Part shown: positions 30,367 through 38,251 of the stretch, one piece after another | Numbering within the stretch: position 1 is the first letter of the stretch | Layout of the letters: each line of letters begins with the position of its first letter | NCBI GenBank assembly: GCA_046484865.1 | Contig: JAWOID010000144.1 | Span: forward strand, 32,001-96,000 | Source: Candidatus Krumholzibacteriia bacterium | Lineage (GTDB): Bacteria > Krumholzibacteriota > Krumholzibacteriia > LZORAL124-64-63 | DNA: 64,000 nt | Reading direction: 5' to 3' | The notes under the pieces: generated by a model | Database searches by the model: none | Seen by the model: the letters and a program-made list of their open reading frames with translations, nothing else | What the model was told of the DNA's origin: nothing | Made by a program: the position numbers and the translations under genes

Positions 30367-31660
30367 CCGGTCCATCACCGCCCGGCGCGGCGCGCTCCGG
30401 CTGGCGACGATCGTCGGCCTGCTGGTCCTCGGGTCCACGGCAGCCGGCACCGCCCGCGCGGAGCGGTACCTGCTGGTCCCGATGGATCTGGACCAGTCCA
30501 ACCACCTGCGGGCGTACGGCCACGCCTATCACACCCTGCAGGACGGCGAACGGGTGAGCTGGCTGCTGAACTATCGCGGCGGATCGTTCCTCATGCGCGA
30601 CACCGAGCGGGCCCGGCTCGACGCCCGGCTGATGGGCGTGCGGTTCGAATCGATCGACGAAGGCGACGTGGAGGCGATCCGGCAGGTCGTGCAGCAGGAG
30701 AACATGGACGAGGTGCTGCTCGAGAAGCCCCCGCGCATCGCCGTCTACAGCCCGCCCCACATGCAGCCCTGGGACGACGCCGTCACCCTCGCGCTCACCT
30801 ACGCCGAGGTGCCCTACGACGTCGTCTACGACCAGGACGTCCTCGCCGGCAAGCTGCAGGAGTACGAGTGGCTGCACCTGCACCACGAGGACTTCACCGG
30901 GCAGTACGGCAAGTTCTACGGCGTGTACGGGCTCGAGGAATGGTACCTCGAGCAGAAGCATTTCCACGAGGACCTGGCGGCGCTTCTCGGCTACGAGACA
31001 GTCTGGAAGCTGAAGCACGCCGTGGCGCGGACCGTCCTCGAGTACGTCGAGGAAGGCGGCTTCCTCTTCGCCATGTGCTCGGCGACCGACACGCTCGACA
31101 TCGCGCTGGCGTACCTCGGGATCGACATCGTACCGGCGCCGATGGACGGCAGCCCGATCGATCCCGCCTACCGCGCGGGCGCCGTGTTCGAGCGGCCGCT
31201 GGCGTTCGAGAACTTCGAGCTCGTCACCAACCCGCTCGTCTACGAGTTCTCCACGATCGACACCAGCGACTACGCGAGCATCCGCGGGCCGGAAGCGGAC
31301 TACTTCACCCTCTTCGCCTTCGCCGCCAAGTACGATCCGGTGGCGGCCATGCTCACGCAGAATCACGTCAACGTGATCAACGGCTTCCTGGGGCAGACCA
31401 CCGGTTTCCATGCGCGCCATCTCAAGCGCAGCGTCACGGTGCTGGCGCAGGTCGAGGGCACCGACGAGGTGAAGTACGTCCACGGCAAGCGCGGGACGGG
31501 CACCTTCACCTACCTGGGCGGCCACGACCCCGAGGACTACCAGCACCGGGTGGGCGATCCGCCCACCGATCTCGACCTCTACCCCACCTCGCCGGGATAC
31601 CGGCTGATCCTCAACAACATCCTCTTCCCGGCCGCGAAGAAGAAGCCGCAGAAGACCTGA
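30332..31660 (+). CDS. Conserved secreted FCB-group protein (family often labelled 'asparagine synthetase B'; function unknown)
   Basis: Signal peptide; LVPMD..Q.NHLRAYG, WLLNYRGGSF, IAVYSP...QPWDDAVTLALTYAE, WLHLHHEDFTGQYGKFY, GGFLFAMCSATDT.D, GGHDPEDYQH, SPGYRLILNNILFPAA. No AsnB Ntn Cys or ATP motif seen. Confidence 0.75.
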   Translation: MKMLQDPAMKMLRSITARRGALRLATIVGLLVLGSTAAGTARAERYLLVPMDLDQSNHLRAYGHAYHTLQDGERVSWLLNYRGGSFLMRDTERARLDARLMGVRFESIDEGDVEAIRQVVQQENMDEVLLEKPPRIAVYSPPHMQPWDDAVTLALTYAEVPYDVVYDQDVLAGKLQEYEWLHLHHEDFTGQYGKFYGVYGLEEWYLEQKHFHEDLAALLGYETVWKLKHAVARTVLEYVEEGGFLFAMCSATDTLDIALAYLGIDIVPAPMDGSPIDPAYRAGAVFERPLAFENFELVTNPLVYEFSTIDTSDYASIRGPEADYFTLFAFAAKYDPVAAMLTQNHVNVINGFLGQTTGFHARHLKRSVTVLAQVEGTDEVKYVHGKRGTGTFTYLGGHDPEDYQHRVGDPPTDLDLYPTSPGYRLILNNILFPAAKKKPQKT

Positions 31661-31831
31661 CCGGCGCGCGCGGCGCGGGCGAAATGCCAGGGGCGCCGCG
31701 ACCTCGCCCCGCGGTCCGTGGCGGGGCTCGGCGGTCCCGGCGATTCCTCGTGATTCCTTCCCGAGGCGGACGAGGCCGCGCCGCGGCGCGTGACGGTCGC
31801 GCCGGAGCGCCGCGGTCGCGGCGCGAACCCA

Positions 31832-31846
31832 TGGCACGACGATTGC
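31832..31846 (+). promoter_or_regulatory. Sigma54 (-24/-12) promoter
   Basis: TGGCACG-ACGA-TTGC, exact consensus, 35 nt upstream of GTG 31881. Confidence 0.65.
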
Positions 31847-31880
31847 CGCCGGCGCAGGGAACCCCGTCGGGATCTCTGCC

Positions 31881-33017
31881 GTGGGAGGCATCTTGGCCCG
31901 GATCCTCGTACATGGAGCGCCTCAGCGCGCGCGGGCCCTGCGCCGGATGCTGGAGGCGCGAGGGCACGCCACCGCGCCGCTCGGCGAGTCAGCCGCGGGA
32001 TTGGGCTGCGACGCGGCGGTGCACGCCTGCGCCCCGGGCGACGACGGCGAGTGTCCCGTCCTGGTACCCGGCGGCGCGGGGATGCCTCTGGTGGTCGTGG
32101 GGACGGCCGCCGCCGACTGTCCGCTCGGGCATGCGGCCGACGTCTGGGTCGCGCGCGCCGCCGACGCGGCCACGGCCGTGGACGGGTTGCTCGGACGGCG
32201 GCGCGGCGGCGCTCGCGGCAGCCACCGGCTCGAGGCCGCCCCGGCCACAGATCTGGCGGGGTACGTCGATTTCCTCGGCCACGAGCTGCGCACTCCCTTG
32301 ACGGTGGTCTCCGGAGCTCTCGCCGCGCTGGAACAGCTCGCCGCGAGCGACGGCCGTAACGCCGGAGAACGGCGGCGGCGGCGCCTGTTCGACCTCGCAC
32401 GGCGCAACCTGCTGCGCCTGCAGCGCAGCGTCACCTGGAACGAGGACTACCTGAGGGCGTTCGGCGCCCGGCGGTACGGGCCCCTGGCCGCCGTGGCCCT
32501 CGCGGACGTCCTCGAGGGTGCGGTCGCCGGTGGCAACTCCGACCTGGGGCCCGTGTCGCTGCATCTGCCCCGACGGTCGCCGACCTTGCACGGCGATGCC
32601 GCGGCGCTCAGCCAGCTCGTGCGGCAGCTTCTGCGGTCCTGCCGCTATCATCTCCCGGACGTCCCCCTGGAGCTGGCCGTCGCCCGGTGCCGAACGGCGC
32701 GGGGCGGCGCCGGCGCGGGGCGGCTGCGGCTGTCGGTGCAGACCGCCGGCGGCGACGCCGGCAAGGGACGCACGATCCGCTCCGGCGTCGGCCCGGCCGG
32801 CGACGGTGACGCTGCGGCGCAGCAGCGGCTGGAGCTGGCGCGGCTGCTGCGCTGCTCGGTGCCGCCGGCGCTGGTCGACCAGCTCGGCGCGGTGGTCCTG
32901 GTGGGTGCGCGCCGCCGCCCTGCCGAACTGGTGGCGGCGCTGGTGGCCGACGGCACGCTGTGCGCGAACCGGGCCGTGGATTCCGCGGCATCCGCACCCG
33001 TGCCGGTCACGGCCTGA
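31881..33017 (+). CDS. Degenerate signal-transduction protein: receiver-like N-terminus, HisKA, eroded HATPase
   Basis: ARILVHG..RALRRMLEARGH (receiver-like, no acidic pocket); H-box FLGHELRTPLTVV; N and G boxes not recognisable. Confidence 0.6.
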   Translation: MGGILARILVHGAPQRARALRRMLEARGHATAPLGESAAGLGCDAAVHACAPGDDGECPVLVPGGAGMPLVVVGTAAADCPLGHAADVWVARAADAATAVDGLLGRRRGGARGSHRLEAAPATDLAGYVDFLGHELRTPLTVVSGALAALEQLAASDGRNAGERRRRRLFDLARRNLLRLQRSVTWNEDYLRAFGARRYGPLAAVALADVLEGAVAGGNSDLGPVSLHLPRRSPTLHGDAAALSQLVRQLLRSCRYHLPDVPLELAVARCRTARGGAGAGRLRLSVQTAGGDAGKGRTIRSGVGPAGDGDAAAQQRLELARLLRCSVPPALVDQLGAVVLVGARRRPAELVAALVADGTLCANRAVDSAASAPVPVTA

Positions 33018-33223
33018 AGCGGTTCGCCGGCCAGGCTGGAAAGTCCCGGGCGTTCTCGGTCCTCCTCTGCCCGGGCGCCGTCCGACGGTGGGGCCGGTCG
33101 TCCCCCGGTCCCCCGTCGGACATCCATCCCCACCTGCTCGATCGACCCTGGACAGTCGCGCCGCGCCGGGTTAGCTTCGGCGCGATTCCAGCCAGGCGCC
33201 GACCCTCGCCGCGGAGACGCCCG

Positions 33224-34489
33224 ATGCCCGCTCCCGAGCCGCGTCCCGGGATTCCCGATCGCCACGACACCACCCTCGGCGCCGTCCACGACGCCAACCA
33301 GATGCTCGGGGTGATCCTCGGCCGCGCGGAGTTGTTGCTGAGCGAGGATCCGGGCCCCCGGTGGCGCGACGGCCTGCAGCAGATCGTCCGCGCCGCCCGC
33401 GATGCCGAGGCCATCCTGGCCGCCGCCCTCGATACGAGCGAGCGAGCGGGAACGTCGCCCGCGGAAGCACCCGCCGCGCTGGCGGCCGTGCTCGCCGAGG
33501 TCTGGCGCATGGCCATGGTGCACCCGCGCAGCGGCCGGCGGGCCGCGGAACGGCTGACGCTGCGCGCGCGGGTTCCGGGCGAGCTGGTCGCCGCCGCGCC
33601 GGCCCGGGCGGTCCAGGAGATCCTGCTCAATCTCGTCCTGAACGCCTGCGAGGCGATGGCGACGGGAGGAGCCTTGACGGTGGCGGCGGTCCGCACGGCG
33701 GACCGCATCCTGCTCGAGATCCGCGACGAGGGGCCAGGCCTGGACGACGACGCTCGGGCCGGTCTGTTCCGGATCGGCGCCGGCGGCGCGCCGCGCGGAC
33801 ACGGCATCGGGCTCGCCCATGCGCGCGAGCTGGCGCGCCGGCACGGCGGCGATCTGGTGCTGGCCGAGGCCCGTAATCCCGGCGCGGTGTTCCGCCTGGA
33901 GTTGCCGGCAGCCGCTCCAGACGCGGTCGTGGGTGCCCGACGCGACCCCCGCGAGGTGACGCGGACGGAGGTCGGCCACGCGGCGACCGCGCGCCGGGGG
34001 CGGCCGGAGCCGGCGTCCGGCGGCCGGCTGAGCTTCCTGGTGGTGGATGACGAACCGACCGTGCGCGAGCTGGTGGCGGAGCTGCTCGGCGCCGACGGCC
34101 ACGTCGCGATCACCGCGCGCGACGGGCAGTCGGCCCGGCGATCGCTGGAGCGAGACCGTCCGTCGGCGGCCCTGATCGATCTGGGGCTGCCTGGCGAGGA
34201 CGGGGTGGCGGTGGCCCGTAGCCTGAAGCAGATGGACCCGCATCTGGTGGTCGTCCTGGTGAGCGGCTGGGGCAGCGAACGCACGGCGGCGGCTGCGGCT
34301 GCGGAGATCGTCGACCTGACCGCGACCAAGCCGCTCGACCTGGATCGCCTGCGCACCATCGCCGCGGCGGTGGCGGAGCGCAGGACGGCAGGCGAGGAAA
34401 CCCCGCCGGCGTCGTCGCATCGAACAGACGGGGTGGCTGCTGGAACCGGCCGCCCGGCACCGGAACGAAGCGAAGGAGAAGGAGCATGA
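33224..34489 (+). CDS. Hybrid histidine kinase/response regulator with no sensor domain
   Basis: H-box VHDANQMLGVILG near the N-terminus, QEILLNLVLNACEAM, RDEGPG, GHGIGL, receiver LVVDDEPTVRELV...LIDLGLPGEDG..VSG..KP. Confidence 0.85.
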   Translation: MPAPEPRPGIPDRHDTTLGAVHDANQMLGVILGRAELLLSEDPGPRWRDGLQQIVRAARDAEAILAAALDTSERAGTSPAEAPAALAAVLAEVWRMAMVHPRSGRRAAERLTLRARVPGELVAAAPARAVQEILLNLVLNACEAMATGGALTVAAVRTADRILLEIRDEGPGLDDDARAGLFRIGAGGAPRGHGIGLAHARELARRHGGDLVLAEARNPGAVFRLELPAAAPDAVVGARRDPREVTRTEVGHAATARRGRPEPASGGRLSFLVVDDEPTVRELVAELLGADGHVAITARDGQSARRSLERDRPSAALIDLGLPGEDGVAVARSLKQMDPHLVVVLVSGWGSERTAAAAAAEIVDLTATKPLDLDRLRTIAAAVAERRTAGEETPPASSHRTDGVAAGTGRPAPERSEGEGA

Positions 34490-35265
34490 CCTGCCCCAGC
34501 AAGCCGCTGTCGTGCCTGGCGCCGGCGGCACTCTGCGGTCTCGCGGTGATCGCGGCGATCGCGATGGCGCCCGCCGGAGTCGCGGCCGTGGTGCCGCCCA
34601 CCGCGATCACCATCGTCCCGGTGGACAGCTTGCCGTTGCCGCCCGGGGAGGTGACGGGCCTGGCCTGGCGCGGTCCCGACACCCTCGCGGTGCTGGTGAA
34701 GGCGCCGGCCGGCGCCGGCGAGCGGATCATGCTCTCGCTGCACGACCGCGCCGGCGCGCTGCTGCAAAAGGTCGACGTCACGGGCACCGCAGGCCGCGGG
34801 CTCGCCTACGACGGCACGTCGTTCTGGGTCGCCGGCGACGACGCCGAAGGCGGTTCCCACGTCGTCAGGATCGATGCCGACACGCTCGAGGTGGAGGACA
34901 CGTACCCGCTGCGTGGACACCGGCCCATGGCCCTCACCTGGGACGGCTCCTCCGTGTGGGTGAGCGACCGGGACAGCGGCCGCCTCGACCGCGTGGATCC
35001 GACCACCGGCGATATCACCCGCTCGGTGCTCAGTCCGGGCTTCTCTCCCTGCGGGGTGGCCTGGGACGGACGGGCGATGTGGGTGACCGACAGCGCCACC
35101 GGACTGCTCTACCGGCTCACGGGGCCACGGCGCGAGTGGAGCGCCACCGTCACCGCGGACGCGTTCTTCCACCGGGGCGAAGACGTCCTGCTCCTGCACG
35201 ACGGCAACTGGCTCTGGTACGTTCGACCGGGGTCTTCCTGGGCCATTCGCGCCCGGATCATCTGA
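34486..35265 (+). CDS. Secreted beta-propeller protein (G[LV]A[WY]DG repeats; glutaminyl-cyclase/YncE-like)
   Basis: Signal peptide; GLAWRG, GLAYDGTSFWV, ALTWDGSSVWVSD, GVAWDGRAMWVTD; ATGA overlap with the upstream gene. Confidence 0.7.
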   Translation: MTCPSKPLSCLAPAALCGLAVIAAIAMAPAGVAAVVPPTAITIVPVDSLPLPPGEVTGLAWRGPDTLAVLVKAPAGAGERIMLSLHDRAGALLQKVDVTGTAGRGLAYDGTSFWVAGDDAEGGSHVVRIDADTLEVEDTYPLRGHRPMALTWDGSSVWVSDRDSGRLDRVDPTTGDITRSVLSPGFSPCGVAWDGRAMWVTDSATGLLYRLTGPRREWSATVTADAFFHRGEDVLLLHDGNWLWYVRPGSSWAIRARII

Positions 35266-35280
35266 TCCCGCCCGGGCCAC

Positions 35281-35329
35281 TTGACATCGCCCGGTCGCGT
35301 GACTAGCTTAAATACCGATTATCGGTATC
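35281..35329 (+). promoter_or_regulatory. Sigma70 promoter of fur with an adjacent palindromic Fur-box-like operator
   Basis: TTGACA(35281-86)-N17-TAGCTT(35304-09); perfect 8-1-8 palindrome ATACCGAT-T-ATCGGTAT (35312-35328). Confidence 0.75.
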
Positions 35330-35421
35330 GTTTTAATCGTGTTTGTGGTCCTGGCGGCCGCGGCCGCTGGGCGGGTTCGCTGCCCGCAAGGACCGCGGAA
35401 CCCCGTTCGGTGAGGTCTGCA

Positions 35422-35922
35422 ATGGCTCTGGTCGACAGCAATCGAGAGACGGACGAGCAGCTCGTGAGGGAGAAGGAGGCCGCTTTTCTGGACTTCATCC
35501 AGGCCAAGGGGCTGAAGACCACCCGGCAGCGCAGCACCATCGTCCAGACGTTCTTCCGCATGCGCGGGCACATCTCGGTCGAGGAACTGCTCCGCGAGGT
35601 GAAGAAGGTCAATCCGAGGATCGGCTACGCGACGGTCTACCGCACGCTCCACCTGCTCACCGAGAGCGGCCTGGTGGAGGAGCGGCGCTTCGGCGACGGT
35701 CTCGCCCGCTACGAGGGGCGCGACGAGGTCGAGCACCACGACCACATGATCTGCATGCAGTGCGGCAAGATCTTCGAGTTCTTCAACCCCCGTCTGAAGG
35801 CGCTCCAGGAGAAGCTGGCGGAGGAGAACAACTTCCAGATCTACCGCCATCGGCTCGAACTCTACGGCACCTGCAAGGATTCCGAGAGTTGCGAGCACCG
35901 GCAGAAGGCCTCGGGCGAGTAG
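35422..35922 (+). CDS. fur: Fur family transcriptional regulator
   Basis: GLKTTRQRSTI, HISVEEL, IGYATVYRTL, HHDHMICMQCGKIFEF, HRLELYGTC. Confidence 0.93.
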   Translation: MALVDSNRETDEQLVREKEAAFLDFIQAKGLKTTRQRSTIVQTFFRMRGHISVEELLREVKKVNPRIGYATVYRTLHLLTESGLVEERRFGDGLARYEGRDEVEHHDHMICMQCGKIFEFFNPRLKALQEKLAEENNFQIYRHRLELYGTCKDSESCEHRQKASGE

Positions 35923-35963
35923 ACGGCAGGCGACCGGCGGCATACGCCGGCGAGAGCATGGAC

Positions 35964-35992
35964 CGGGCGGCCGGAGGCGATCCGGCCGCCCG
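35964..35992. terminator. GC-rich hairpin downstream of fur (possible terminator, no U-tract)
   Basis: cgggcggccgga-ggcga-tccggccgcccg, 12-bp perfect stem. Confidence 0.4.
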
Positions 35993-36036
35993 TCGCCGCG
36001 CCCGGAGGCGACGCAAAGGACCGGTGGAGCGCCGGC

Positions 36037-36065
36037 TTGACACCGGAGCCGGCCGCGCGGAGAAT
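36037..36065 (+). promoter_or_regulatory. Putative sigma70 promoter of alr
   Basis: TTGACA-N17-GAGAAT. Confidence 0.55.
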
Positions 36066-36188
36066 GCAGCCGCCGCGAGAACGCCGCGAGAACGCTGCGC
36101 GACGATGCGCCGCAGGCTCATTCCGCCAGGACGCACAGCGAGCCCGCATCGCGAGCCGCCTCGCGAGCGCGCTCGGCCCCGAGGATCC

Positions 36189-37418
36189 ATGAAGACACCA
36201 GCCTCCTCGATCCGCCCGGTTCCGGCGCCGCCCATCAGCGGCGGCAAGGTCGTGCGCGTGGACGTGGCCGCTCTGCGCGCAAACCTCGTGCAGTTCCGCC
36301 GTCTCGCGCGACCGCCGGCGCGGCTGCTGGCCGTGGTCAAGGGCGACGGCTACGGGCACGGCATGACGATCGCCGCCCGGGCGTTCCTGGCGGCGGGCGC
36401 CGACATGCTGGGCGTGCACGAGGCGGGCGAGGTGACGGCCTTGCGCCAGGCGGGCATCACGGCCCCGGTGCTCGTCCTCGGTCCGCTGGGGCGCGACGAG
36501 GTGCTGGAGGCCGCCGCTGGCGACGCCGAGCTGGTGGTCGCGTCGCTGCCGGCGTGCGCAGCGGCTGCCGCGGCCGCCGCCGCCGCCGCAGCCACCGCGC
36601 CGGGCGATCAGCCGCCCGGGACGGCCGGCCGCGTGCGCGTGCATCTCAAGGTGGAGACCGGCGTCAATCGCCAGGGCGTGACCGAGGACGAGATCGGACC
36701 GGCGCTGGCTCTGCTCGCCTCGGCGCCCGGGGTGGAGATCGTGGGTCTGGCCAGCCACTTCGCCGACATCGAGGACACCACCGACCACACCTTCGCGCGT
36801 CGGCAGCAGGAGCGGTTCCAGGCGGTGGTCGCGCGGCTGGCGGAGGCGGGACACCGGGACCTCTGCCGTCACATGTCCTGCAGCGCGGCGGCCATCCTCT
36901 GGGAGGCCAGCCACGGCGACCTCGTTCGCGTGGGCATCAGCGCCTACGGCCTGTGGCCGTCCCGCGAGACCTACGTCTCGGCGGGAGCTTCGGGCCAGGC
37001 GCGTCTCGGCCTCGTGCCGGCGCTGACGTGGGCCGTGCCGGTGGCCCAGGTGAAGTCCGTCCGGGCCGGAGAGACCGTCGGCTACGGCCGCACCTGGAAG
37101 GCGCTTGCGGACAGCCGTATAGCGGTGCTGCCGCTAGGTTACGCCGACGGCTATCCGCGCATCCTCTCGAACCGCGCCCATGTCCTGGTCGGCGGACACC
37201 GGGCCCCGGTCCGTGGCCGGGTCTGCATGAACCTGATGATGGTGGACGTGACCCACGTGCCGGCGGCGGCGGCCGGCGACGAGGCGGTGCTGCTGGGGTC
37301 GCAGGGCGACGAGACGATCACCGCAGGCGAGCTGGCCGAGCTGGCCGGGACCATTCCCTACGAGGTGCTGACCTGGCCGAAAGGGTCGGTTCGGCGCGAG
37401 ATTGTCGGGGAGCCCTGA
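36189..37418 (+). CDS. alr: Alanine racemase
   Basis: AVVKGDGYGHG (PLP Lys), HLKVETGVNRQG, SHFA, VRVGI..YG, VGYGRTW, GYADGYPR, GRVCMN, TIPYEVL; GAGG RBS before ATG 36189. Confidence 0.95.
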   Translation: MKTPASSIRPVPAPPISGGKVVRVDVAALRANLVQFRRLARPPARLLAVVKGDGYGHGMTIAARAFLAAGADMLGVHEAGEVTALRQAGITAPVLVLGPLGRDEVLEAAAGDAELVVASLPACAAAAAAAAAAAATAPGDQPPGTAGRVRVHLKVETGVNRQGVTEDEIGPALALLASAPGVEIVGLASHFADIEDTTDHTFARRQQERFQAVVARLAEAGHRDLCRHMSCSAAAILWEASHGDLVRVGISAYGLWPSRETYVSAGASGQARLGLVPALTWAVPVAQVKSVRAGETVGYGRTWKALADSRIAVLPLGYADGYPRILSNRAHVLVGGHRAPVRGRVCMNLMMVDVTHVPAAAAGDEAVLLGSQGDETITAGELAELAGTIPYEVLTWPKGSVRREIVGEP

Positions 37419-37449
37419 ACCCTGGCTGCCAGACCCGGGAGACCGACGC

Positions 37450-37950
37450 ATGCTCGACGCCATCAGCCGCTTCTTCCAGAACCGCCTCGAACCCGTGACG
37501 GATGCCGACTCGCCCGGCGACCGCCTGGCGGTGGCCACCTGCGCCCTGCTGCTGGAGGTGGCGCACGCCGATGAGACGTTCACCGAGGCCGAGCACGGCC
37601 TGATCGAGCGCCTGATGCGTTCCCACTTCGGTCTGGGGGAGGACGACGCCGCCGAGTTGGTCCGGCTGGCCGAGAGCGAGCGGCGCGACGCCACCGACCT
37701 CTACCAGTTCGCCCGCCTGATCAACGAGCGCTACAGCCGCGCCGACAAGATTCTCGTCATGCAGCAGCTCTGGCGTGTCGTCTACAGTGACGGCCGGCTC
37801 GAGGCCCACGAGGACGCCCTCATGCACAAGCTCGCTCACCTCCTCCAGTTGCGACACGACGAACTGATCGCCGTCAAGCTCGAGGTGAAACGGCGGCTGG
37901 AGCAGCAGCAGGACGAGCGTCGCTCCGGCGAGGACGACGCGGGGGTCTGA
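37450..37950 (+). CDS. TerB family (tellurite-resistance-like) protein
   Basis: ATCALLLEVAHAD..F.EAE, DLYQFARLIN, LWRVVYSDG.LEAHE..LMHKLA.LL. Confidence 0.85.
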   Translation: MLDAISRFFQNRLEPVTDADSPGDRLAVATCALLLEVAHADETFTEAEHGLIERLMRSHFGLGEDDAAELVRLAESERRDATDLYQFARLINERYSRADKILVMQQLWRVVYSDGRLEAHEDALMHKLAHLLQLRHDELIAVKLEVKRRLEQQQDERRSGEDDAGV

Positions 37951-38169
37951 ACCGGCCGGTCTCGCCTTTCCCCGCCGTCGTGCAGCCTTCCGGTCCGGCC
38001 TGTGCCGGGGCGGTCCGTCGGCGACGGCCTGCGGCGATTGGGCTTCACGGCCCCCAACCCATCGTGGCCAACTCCCCGTCTCGCAATGCGTTGGTGACCA
38101 GAACCGGAGGACGGCGTCCGGCGTTTCGTCCTCCGGCTCGGGCTCGGCCGCGGTCGATATCGCGGCGGA

Positions 38170-38199
38170 TTGCCGCGCCCTGCCGCGAGATGGTAGAAT
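38170..38199 (+). promoter_or_regulatory. Putative sigma70 promoter of the C25 peptidase gene
   Basis: TTGCCG-N18-TAGAAT with extended -10 TGgTAGAAT. Confidence 0.45.
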
Positions 38200-38251
38200 G
38201 GACGTTTCCACAACGGGGCTTCGGGTCGCCGCGGCGGCCCGGGAGGTAGCG

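Noticed and set aside
35990..36040. GACGCAAAG between fur and alr, resembling the c-di-GMP-I riboswitch core
   Set aside because: No upstream GGCAAAC or GNRA-capped stem, and the motif lies upstream of the predicted alr promoter.
36071..36103. 11-bp direct repeat (cgccgcgagaa x2 plus a degenerate copy) after the alr promoter
   Set aside because: Short and GC-rich; no supporting evidence for function.
35343..37418. 691-aa ORF suggesting a long N-terminal fusion to alanine racemase
   Set aside because: The upstream part overlaps fur in another frame; a separate promoter and RBS support the start at 36189.
38104..38136. Hairpin ccggaggacg...cgtcctccgg between the TerB gene and the peptidase
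   Set aside because: No U-tract, far from the upstream stop, and I saw no second copy; cannot be assigned as a terminator or REP.
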